64,000 bases of DNA from Lentisphaerota bacterium. GTDB lineage: Bacteria; Verrucomicrobiota; Kiritimatiellia; UBA8416; JAIOPI01. Of this stretch, positions 18,840 to 26,715 are shown piece after piece (within the stretch, counting starts at the first letter, position 1; every line of letters starts with the position of its first letter). A program made the translations under genes and the position numbers. The DNA is taken from contig JAIOPI010000003.1 in the NCBI GenBank assembly GCA_021413965.1, forward strand, positions 22,515 to 86,514. The letters run 5' to 3'. The notes under the pieces were generated by a model. The model was not told where the DNA came from and ran no database searches. It saw only the letters and a list, made by a program, of their open reading frames with translations.

Positions 18840-20156
18840 GTGAACGCTGCGACCCTGGGGGTGCGTGCTGCGGCACGCGTGTGCGTGGCCGTGCTCTGCC
18901 TGCTGGCGGGCGCGACGGCGGCCAGGGCGAACGTGCCATTCACGCAGAGCTGGAGCCCGCACAACCGTGAGCGGCCGGTGCGGCAGTCGACGCTCTACAT
19001 CATCCTGCACACCACGGAAGGTCCGGCCCCGGGTTCGCTGCAGAAGCTGCGCGACAACGGGGAGGCCAACTTCTTCGTCGATCCGACCGGTCGCATTTAC
19101 GCCATCATTGACCGGCGGCGGGTGGCCCTGCACGCCGGCCGCAGCATGTGGCGGGGGCGGACGAACATGGACGAGGTATCGATCGGGATCGAAGTGGCGG
19201 GCTACTACTACCAGAACCTCACGGCGCCGCAATACACGTCGCTGCGGGCGCTGTTGACGGAATTGCAGGCCCAGTACGGGATTGCGGATGCGAACGTGCT
19301 CACGCATTCGATGGTCGCCTACGGGGCCCCGAACCGCTGGCACCGGCGTTCGCATCGCGGCCGAAAGCGCTGCGGCATGTTATTCGCCTCGTCCGCGGTC
19401 CGGCAGAAGCTGGGCCTGACGGACCAGCCTTCCTACGATCCCGACGTGCGGGCCGGGCGGTTGGTGGTGGGGGATCCCTACCTGGCCCAGAAGCTGTACA
19501 GCGGGTCATCGTCGAAAGCGATCGCATCTGCGTCGGTCATGCCCGCCGCATCGTCGTCGCGGTCGCGCGCCAAGCCGGCTCCGGTGGTCCCGGCCGCGGT
19601 CGCGACGGCGATGCCGCCTCCGGGCGAGGGCATGCTGATCACGGCCAATCGGTCGGCGTGGGACGTGGCGCGCGACATGTACAACGAGCCGACCACCCGG
19701 TACGTGTTTCCGGACGGCAAGGTGGCGAATGGCAACCAGATCCGCAACTGGAAGTCGATTCCGCCGGGCACGCGCGTCATCATCGCGGCGAGTGAGAGCG
19801 AGAACAGCGAGGAGCGCCTGCAGCGGATCGGGCGGGACGGGGACACGGCGCGCGAGGTGGCCGGGGATGAATTCAACACGGCGCGCACCATTTATTTTCT
19901 CAAGGACGGCCGCATTCGCACGGGCGCGGAGCTGGCCGCGGCGGAGTTGGATGCCCTGCCGGCGGAGACCGGCATGCTGGTGGGCTACGCGCAGGGAGGC
20001 GCCATCACGGCCAAGCGGCGGGCCTTCGACGTGTGCGGGGTCAAGTGGAACAACCCCTCGACTTTCTACCGGTTTCCGGATGGCAGCATTCAATCCGGCG
20101 CGCAGGTTCGGGAGAATGCGATTCCGCTGGGGACGCAGGTCTTCTTCCGCAATTGA
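18840..20156 (+). CDS. N-acetylmuramoyl-L-alanine amidase (Amidase_2) with three C-terminal repeats
   Basis: Signal peptide; IILHTTEG, ALHAG, SIGIEVAG, VLTHSMVA and KRCG catalytic-type motifs; Ala/Ser/Pro linker; three repeats of about 55 aa. Confidence 0.85.
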   Translation: MNAATLGVRAAARVCVAVLCLLAGATAARANVPFTQSWSPHNRERPVRQSTLYIILHTTEGPAPGSLQKLRDNGEANFFVDPTGRIYAIIDRRRVALHAGRSMWRGRTNMDEVSIGIEVAGYYYQNLTAPQYTSLRALLTELQAQYGIADANVLTHSMVAYGAPNRWHRRSHRGRKRCGMLFASSAVRQKLGLTDQPSYDPDVRAGRLVVGDPYLAQKLYSGSSSKAIASASVMPAASSSRSRAKPAPVVPAAVATAMPPPGEGMLITANRSAWDVARDMYNEPTTRYVFPDGKVANGNQIRNWKSIPPGTRVIIAASESENSEERLQRIGRDGDTAREVAGDEFNTARTIYFLKDGRIRTGAELAAAELDALPAETGMLVGYAQGGAITAKRRAFDVCGVKWNNPSTFYRFPDGSIQSGAQVRENAIPLGTQVFFRN

Positions 20157-20188
20157 CAGGGCCAGCCGCTTCCAGTAGTAGCGACATC

Positions 20189-20740
20189 ATGTCAGTGAAG
20201 GAATATGTCGGTCCCGAGGCGCTTCTGCGCGGGGCGTTTCAGCTGGCGGCCAAGATTTACCACTCCGGCTTTCGTCCCGACGTTCTGCTGGTGGTCTGGC
20301 GGGGAGGCACCCCCATTGGCATTGTGATCCACGAGTTCCTGCTCTACAAGGGCATCCAGACGTACCATGCCGCGCTGAAGGCCGAATCATACACGGGGAT
20401 CGAGCAGCAGGTGGAGCCGCGCATCGAGCATCTCGAATCGGTCATGCAGTTCGTCACCCCGCAGAGCCGCGTGTTGCTGATCGATGATATTTTCGACACG
20501 GGCCGCACACTGGCGAAAGTGCGCCGCTTGCTGCTGGCGCGCACGAGCGAGGTGCGCATCGCGACGTTGTACTACAAGGAAGACAAGAATCTGACGGACA
20601 TCGTACCGGATTACTACCTGCGCAAGACGTCCAACTGGATTGTTTTTCCGCACGAACTGATGGACCTCACGCTTGACGAGGTACGCCAGAAGGATCCGTA
20701 CATCTACCGCCTCGTCCAGGGCGAGTTGCCAGCGGAATGA
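20189..20740 (+). CDS. Type I phosphoribosyltransferase (hypoxanthine/xanthine PRT-like)
   Basis: VWRGGTPIG, VLLIDDIFDTGRT PRPP loop, PDYY, WIVFPHE. Confidence 0.9.
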   Translation: MSVKEYVGPEALLRGAFQLAAKIYHSGFRPDVLLVVWRGGTPIGIVIHEFLLYKGIQTYHAALKAESYTGIEQQVEPRIEHLESVMQFVTPQSRVLLIDDIFDTGRTLAKVRRLLLARTSEVRIATLYYKEDKNLTDIVPDYYLRKTSNWIVFPHELMDLTLDEVRQKDPYIYRLVQGELPAE

Positions 20741-20939
20741 CACGCGGGTAGGGGGACTGCGAGGGCCGGGCGCGCGATTCCCGGCGGTCGGATCACCCTC
20801 GATTGGTCAACTCCTGTACACTTGGCGCGAAACTGGACACCGGCTCTCGACTGGCGTTGCCCGCATGGGCGACGGGCGCGTGCGCGATTCATCCGATCTG
20901 GCGCGGGGAATCGCGGTACGAGCGATGCGACACCCTCTT

Positions 20940-20955
20940 TGGCATGCGTCCTGCT
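20940..20955 (+). promoter_or_regulatory. Candidate sigma54 (-24/-12) promoter
   Basis: TGGCATGCGTCCTGCT has GG-N10-GC and closely matches TGGCAC-N5-TTGCW. Confidence 0.5.
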
Positions 20956-20991
20956 GTGGCACGATTGAGAACGTGCAGCAGGAGGACACTC

Positions 20992-21198
20992 ATTAGCTTC
21001 ATTTCATACGTCATTCGGTGCAACGCGTGCGGCAAGACGCAGGTGGATGACGAGTGGGTCGCCATTAAATCCGTTCACGACGCGTCGGGCTCCGCGTGTG
21101 CGTATGGCTACTGCCCGCCTTGTTTCGATGCGGTGCTAGACAATCTCCAGCAATCGCAGGACGAGCTTACCGAACTGCTTGCGCGACACGACGCGTAG
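20992..21198 (+). CDS. Small CxxC...GxCPxC zinc-finger protein (probable ATT start)
   Basis: IRCNACGKTQVDDEW...YGYCPPCFD. AGGAGG at 20980-20985 lies 6 nt before an in-frame ATT at 20992; alternative ATG at 20944. Confidence 0.55.
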   Translation: MSFISYVIRCNACGKTQVDDEWVAIKSVHDASGSACAYGYCPPCFDAVLDNLQQSQDELTELLARHDA

Positions 21199-21364
21199 CA
21201 TCGGTAGCTCTCATCACGGGTGCGCGGTTGACCAGCGACAGCGGGTCCTGGCGAACGCATGCCTACCAGAGCGGCCTTCCTCATCGCTCATTCCTCGTCT
21301 GCCTTGCGGCGGGCTTGATTGAGGGCGGTGCATGGTGTAACGTAAATCGTTTCGCGTGAACACT

Positions 21365-24300
21365 ATGTACAAGCCAGTTTCCAGCAAGTCGAATTTCGCC
21401 GAGATCGAGCGCGACGTGCTCGCGGTTTGGAAGGCGAGCAACACCTTCCAGCGTTCGCTCGATCAGCGCCGTCAGGCGCCCGAATTTGTGTTTTACGACG
21501 GGCCTCCCTTTGCCACGGGGACGCCGCACTACGGGCACCTGCTGGCCGGGACGATCAAGGACATTGTGCCGCGCTACCAGACGATGCGCGGGCACTTTGT
21601 GGATCGCCGGTTTGGCTGGGACTGCCATGGCCTGCCGGTGGAATACGAGGTCGAGCAGGACCTTGGGATCAGCGGCAAGACGGATATCGAGACGATGGGG
21701 GTGGGGGTTTTCAACGAGCGCTGCCGCAGCATTGTGCTGCGCTACACGCGGGAGTGGCGTGAGACGGTTACGCGCATGGGCCGGTGGGTGGATTTCGACC
21801 GCGACTACAAGACCATGGAACCCACCTACATGGAGTCCATTTGGTGGGTGTTCAAGTCGCTGTGGGACAAGGGGCTGATCTACGAGGGGCAGAAGATCCT
21901 GCCGTACTGCCCGCGCTGCGCCACGCCGCTTTCGAACTTTGAAACGAACCAGGGTTACAAGGACGTCACCGATCCGGCAATCACCGTGCGCTTCAAGCTC
22001 GACGACGAGCCCAACGCATATGTGTTGGCGTGGACGACGACGCCGTGGACGCTGCCATCCAACATGGCGCTGGCGGTGGGGTCTGAGATTGACTATGTGC
22101 GGGTGGAGGACGGGGAGGACGTGTACTACCTGGCCGAGGCGCGGCTGGCGAGCTATTACAAGTCGGAGAAGGATTACCGCGGGCTACGGAGGCTAAAGGG
22201 GCGGGAACTGGTGGGGCGCACGTACGAGCCACTGTTTCCGTATTTTGCCGAGCACAAGGCCAGCGGGGCGGCTTTTCGCATTGTGGCGGCGGACTTTGTC
22301 ACGACGGAAGACGGCACCGGTGTGGTGCATATGGCGCCGGGCTTTGGCGAGGATGACGCGCGGGTGGGGGCCATCGAGAAGTTGCCGGCGGTGTGTCCGC
22401 TGGATGCCGAAGGCAAGTTCACGTCCGAGGTGCCGGACTACGTGGGCCGCGGGGTGAAGGACGCCGACGCCGACATCATGGCGCGCCTCAAGCGCGAGCA
22501 CAAGCTGGTGCATCGCGATCAGATCACGCACAGCTATCCGCACTGCTGGCGCTGCGACACGGCGCTCCTCTACCGCGCGATCTCGACCTGGTTCGTCAGA
22601 GTCGAGTCGCTGCGGGAGCGGCTGCTGGCGGCGAACAGCCAGATCCGGTGGGTGCCGGAACATCTGCGCGACGGGCGGTTCGGCAAGTGGCTGGAAGGCG
22701 CGCGAGACTGGGCCATCTCGCGCAACCGTTACTGGGGCACACCGCTGCCGATCTGGCGCAGCGAGGACGGCAGCGAAGTGGAATGCATCGGCTCGATTCG
22801 CGAGCTCGAGGAGCGTTCGGGGGCGAAGGTCACCGATCTTCACAAGCATTTTGTGGACGGGCTGGAATTGCCGTCGCGGCAGGGCAAGGGCACGCTCAAG
22901 CGCATTCCGGAGGTGTTGGACTGCTGGTTTGAGAGCGGGGCCATGCCCTACGCGCAGGCGCACTATCCGTTTGAGAACAAGGAACACTTCGAGGCGCATT
23001 TCCCGGCTGATTTCATTGCCGAAGGATTGGATCAGACGCGCGGCTGGTTCTACACGCTGATGGTGCTGTCCGTGGCGCTGTTCGACCGGCCGGCGTTTCG
23101 CAACGTGGTGGTCAACGGGCTGGTGCTGGCCGAGGACGGCCGGAAGATGAGCAAGCGCCTGAAGAACTACCCCGACCCGGCGTACATGATCGAGACGTAC
23201 GGAGCTGACGCGCTGCGGCTGTACTTGATCTATTCGCCCGTGGTGCGTGCGGAGGACTTGCGCTTTTCTGAAGAGGGCGTGAAGCACCTGATGCGCAGCA
23301 TTGTCATTCCCTTGTGGAATGCCTACAGCTTCTTCGTGACCTACGCGAACGTGGATGGCTGGCAAGCGGGGTCGGCGGGGGCGGGTTCAGGGGGCCGGCG
23401 GTCGGAGCATGTGCTCGACCGGTGGATCATCAGCTCACTGGAGACCTTGCTGGACCGGGTGGTGTCGGCGCTGGACGCGTACGACCTGCAGCGCGCGGTG
23501 CGGCCGTTCGTGCAGTTCGTCGAGGACCTGACCAACTGGTACATCCGCCGCAGCCGGCGGCGATTCTGGAAGTCTCAGGACGATGCGGACAAGCAGCAGG
23601 CCTACGAGACACTGAACTACGTGCTGCTCCAGTTGTCCAAGGTGGCGGCGCCGTTCATGCCGTTCCTGAGCGACAGCATCTACATGAACCTGCGGACGCC
23701 GGACATGCCGGAGTCGGTGCACCTCTGCGACTTCCCCAAGGCGAACCAGGCGCAGCGTGATCCGGAACTCGAGGCGGAGATGGCGGACGTGATGACGGCG
23801 GTGCAGCTGGGGCGAACGCTGCGCGCGGCGCACGATCTGAAGGTGCGGCAGCCGCTGGCGACGATGCACGTTGTGTCGCGCAATGCCAAGACGCGGGAGC
23901 GCATCTTGGTGTTGCGGGATCTTGTGGCGGACGAGCTCAATGTGAAGGCGGTGACCTTCGGGGAGCACGAGACGGATTTGGCGACGCTCAAGGCGAAGCC
24001 GGACTTCAAGGTGCTCGGGCCCCGTCTGGGCCCCAAGGTGAAAGAGGCCGCGAAGGCGATTGCGGCGCTCGATTCGGCCACCCTGGAACGGCTGGCGAGC
24101 GGGCAGCCGGTGGACGTGGCATTGAGCGGGGGCGTGACGGTGACGCTCGTCGCGGGCGATGTGGTGATCGAGCGCACGCCGCTGCCGGGGATGGTGGTGG
24201 CGGCGGAGGGCGACCTGGTGGTGGCGCTTGAGACGAAGCTCGACGACGCGCTGATCCGCGAAGGGCTGGTGCGGGAGTTCGTCAACAAGGTCCAGAACAT

Positions 24301-24511
24301 GCGCAAGACGACGGGGCTGGATGTGGCGGATCGCATACGCGTGTCCTACGCGGCGGGCGAGGCGTTGCGGGCGGCGCTGGAAGAGCATGTGGACTACGTG
24401 AATGCCGAGATTCTGAGCCTCGGGACGGCGGCGTGCGCCGATGCGGGTGCAGGCGCCGAAGCGTGGGACATCAACGGTCATCCGTGCCGGATTCAGATCG
24501 TCAAGGCGTAG
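21365..24511 (+). CDS. ileS: Isoleucine--tRNA ligase (IleRS2, archaeal/eukaryote-like type)
   Basis: FYDGPPFATGTPHYGH, GWDCHGLP, WTTTPWTLPSN, WAISRNRYWGTP, KMSKRLKNY, WYIRRSRRRFW. No C-terminal Zn finger of IleRS1. Confidence 0.97.
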   Translation: MYKPVSSKSNFAEIERDVLAVWKASNTFQRSLDQRRQAPEFVFYDGPPFATGTPHYGHLLAGTIKDIVPRYQTMRGHFVDRRFGWDCHGLPVEYEVEQDLGISGKTDIETMGVGVFNERCRSIVLRYTREWRETVTRMGRWVDFDRDYKTMEPTYMESIWWVFKSLWDKGLIYEGQKILPYCPRCATPLSNFETNQGYKDVTDPAITVRFKLDDEPNAYVLAWTTTPWTLPSNMALAVGSEIDYVRVEDGEDVYYLAEARLASYYKSEKDYRGLRRLKGRELVGRTYEPLFPYFAEHKASGAAFRIVAADFVTTEDGTGVVHMAPGFGEDDARVGAIEKLPAVCPLDAEGKFTSEVPDYVGRGVKDADADIMARLKREHKLVHRDQITHSYPHCWRCDTALLYRAISTWFVRVESLRERLLAANSQIRWVPEHLRDGRFGKWLEGARDWAISRNRYWGTPLPIWRSEDGSEVECIGSIRELEERSGAKVTDLHKHFVDGLELPSRQGKGTLKRIPEVLDCWFESGAMPYAQAHYPFENKEHFEAHFPADFIAEGLDQTRGWFYTLMVLSVALFDRPAFRNVVVNGLVLAEDGRKMSKRLKNYPDPAYMIETYGADALRLYLIYSPVVRAEDLRFSEEGVKHLMRSIVIPLWNAYSFFVTYANVDGWQAGSAGAGSGGRRSEHVLDRWIISSLETLLDRVVSALDAYDLQRAVRPFVQFVEDLTNWYIRRSRRRFWKSQDDADKQQAYETLNYVLLQLSKVAAPFMPFLSDSIYMNLRTPDMPESVHLCDFPKANQAQRDPELEAEMADVMTAVQLGRTLRAAHDLKVRQPLATMHVVSRNAKTRERILVLRDLVADELNVKAVTFGEHETDLATLKAKPDFKVLGPRLGPKVKEAAKAIAALDSATLERLASGQPVDVALSGGVTVTLVAGDVVIERTPLPGMVVAAEGDLVVALETKLDDALIREGLVREFVNKVQNMRKTTGLDVADRIRVSYAAGEALRAALEEHVDYVNAEILSLGTAACADAGAGAEAWDINGHPCRIQIVKA

Positions 24512-24658
24512 GCGCGCGTGGGACGTGGACGGGAACAGCCCTGACGGGCTTAACTACGAGCGTCGGCCATGCGAGGAAGACGGGCGACGTTAGCGCCGTG
24601 AGGCGCGTTCTCACACGAACGGCGGGGACCGCCGTCTCCAGGCGGCCGGGGCGGGACG

Positions 24659-25399
24659 ATGCAGGTCGCGACAAAGCGCTGCTCTATTTTTCAATGGGTT
24701 GGGCTCGCCCTTGTGCTGACAGCGGCGGGTGTGGCGGCACCTGAACCTGGCGGCGAGGCGGTGCTGGTATTGCACGGTCTGGCGCGCTCGAGCCACAGCA
24801 TGCAGCGCATGGAGACGGCGCTTGCGGAGGCCGGCTTCGACGTTTACCCGGTCGCCTATCCTTCGCGTGAGAAGACGGTGGAGGCGTTGTCGCGGGAGGA
24901 CTTGGCGGCGGCCGTGGAGGCGTGCCAAAGCAATCGGCCGGCGCGGATACATTTCGTATCACATTCGCTGGGCGGAATCATCATCCGGCACTATCTGGGC
25001 GAGCACCGCCTGACGAATCTGGGGCGGGTGGCGATGCTGGGGCCGCCGAACCAGGGCAGCGAAGTGGTGGATACGCTGGGGCACCTGACGCTATTCGAAT
25101 GGATCAACGGGCCGGCCGGGTTGCAACTCGGTACGGCGTCGAACGGATTCTTACGTATGCTACAGGTGCCTGAGGCCGACGTCGGGGTGATTGCGGGAAC
25201 ACGATCCATCAACTTGATTCTGTCGACCTTCATTCCCGGTCCGGACGATGGGAAAGTCGGCGTGGAGCATGCGAAGTTGGACGGGATGGCGGACTTCAAG
25301 GCGGTGCCGACAGCGCATCCGTTTCTGATGAACGATCCCGACGTTATTGCGATGACGATTCGGTTTTTGCGGACGGGCCAGTTCGAGGAGCGGCGGTGA
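24659..25399 (+). CDS. Exported alpha/beta hydrolase (lipase/esterase-like)
   Basis: VLHGLAR, SHSLGG nucleophile elbow, LGPPNQGSE, DDGKV, C-terminal His (AHPFL). Confidence 0.85.
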   Translation: MQVATKRCSIFQWVGLALVLTAAGVAAPEPGGEAVLVLHGLARSSHSMQRMETALAEAGFDVYPVAYPSREKTVEALSREDLAAAVEACQSNRPARIHFVSHSLGGIIIRHYLGEHRLTNLGRVAMLGPPNQGSEVVDTLGHLTLFEWINGPAGLQLGTASNGFLRMLQVPEADVGVIAGTRSINLILSTFIPGPDDGKVGVEHAKLDGMADFKAVPTAHPFLMNDPDVIAMTIRFLRTGQFEERR

Positions 25400-26519
25400 G
25401 CAGCGCTTCGGCCGCTTGCACGACGTCGGCCACGGCGATGCCGGTCATGCAGGGGATTTTCCGGCAGAGCTTGTGATAGCCGAAGATGGAGCAGGGGGCG
25501 CAGGGCAGGTCGCGGCGGATGACGCGGTGGCGCTCCGTGGGGCGGCTCCACTTGTGGCGATCGCTGGGGCCGAAGAGGATCAGCGTCGGGCGCGCGAGGG
25601 CCACCGCCAGGTGTCCGAGACCGGAATCGCCGCCGATAAACAGCGTTGAGGCCTGCAGGATGGCGGCGGTCTGCATGAGCGTCATGGTGCTGACGGCATT
25701 AATGATGCGATCCGCGGGCAAGCCGTAGGCGAGGGACTGCGCCTGGGCCAGCTCCGCCTGGCCGCCGACGAGCACGATCCCACAGCCGCGCTCCAGCAAT
25801 TCACGAATCAGGTGGCGGAACTTTTCAGGGCCCCACTGTTTGTAGGGATCGCTGCTGCCCGGGCTGAGGGCGACCAGGGGGCCGGCGCGGCGCAGTGCGG
25901 ACACGCTGGACGGGACCTGGGCATCGAGGGGCGGGGTGACGTCGGCGAGTACGCCATCAAGGTGAGGGTGGGAGAGGGGGACGCCGAGGGGGCGCAGGAG
26001 GCGGGCGAACTGGTCGAGCTCGTAGCCGTCGATGTCGTAGCTGACGAGGTGGGTGTAGAGGGAGAGGCGGGCGGGGTTGATGCGAAAGCCGACGCGCACG
26101 GGGGCGCCGCTCATCCAGGCCATGATGGCGGAGAAGTTGTGGAACTGTTCGGTGTCGAGCACGACGTCGTACCGGGTGGAGCCGAGGCTGAAGATGCGGT
26201 GGGGTGTGGCGTCGTAGAGGATGGCCCGGCCTTCGAGTCCGGCGAGTTTGAGGACGTCGGCATTGCGCCGCTCGCAGATGATGTCGATTTCGAGATCGGG
26301 GCGGGCGCTGCGGAGGGAACGGATCACGGGCAGGAGCATGAGCAGGTCGCCCATGCCACCGGGGCGGATGATGAGCACGCGGCGGACGGATTCGGGGGCG
26401 GGATCGGGGGCGAGCTCGGGGCGTCCGGTGTAGTGGCGCGCGCGGCCGATGAGCTTGCAGAGGAGATAGCCGGCCGTGGCATCGAGGCGCTTCAGCGTGG
26501 CGCTAGATATGAGGGCCAT
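25344..26519 (-). CDS. GT9 glycosyltransferase (ADP-heptose:LPS heptosyltransferase family)
   Basis: IIRPGGMGDLL, PGSSDPYKQW, GDSGLGHLAVA, LFGPS, CAPC...C...CM motif. Start 26519 is supported by an upstream promoter. Confidence 0.9.
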   Translation of the reverse strand: MALISSATLKRLDATAGYLLCKLIGRARHYTGRPELAPDPAPESVRRVLIIRPGGMGDLLMLLPVIRSLRSARPDLEIDIICERRNADVLKLAGLEGRAILYDATPHRIFSLGSTRYDVVLDTEQFHNFSAIMAWMSGAPVRVGFRINPARLSLYTHLVSYDIDGYELDQFARLLRPLGVPLSHPHLDGVLADVTPPLDAQVPSSVSALRRAGPLVALSPGSSDPYKQWGPEKFRHLIRELLERGCGIVLVGGQAELAQAQSLAYGLPADRIINAVSTMTLMQTAAILQASTLFIGGDSGLGHLAVALARPTLILFGPSDRHKWSRPTERHRVIRRDLPCAPCSIFGYHKLCRKIPCMTGIAVADVVQAAEALLTAAPRTGPSAKTESSSQ

Positions 26520-26605
26520 GCGAGGGAGCGTAAGGTGTTGAGGGGGAAGAATCAAGGTTGAGGGTGGGGGTGAAGGTTGGAAGCGCAACATGAGGCGAGC
26601 AAGCC

Positions 26606-26715
26606 GCGGCTCGTCGGGACGACTCGCCCCACCTCCGGAAGTCCGCGGACAAAGCCAACGACGATACGCGGCTTCTGAAACTCAACTGGTGGGGCGAGGC
26701 GTCCCGCCGCGCCGC
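26606..26715. repeat. Inverted pair of REP-like palindromic elements (REPIN-like doublet)
   Basis: 26606-26633 gcggctcgtcgggacgactcgccccacc and the reverse complement of 26688-26715 gcggcgcggcgggacgcctcgccccacc match at 25/28. Confidence 0.7.
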
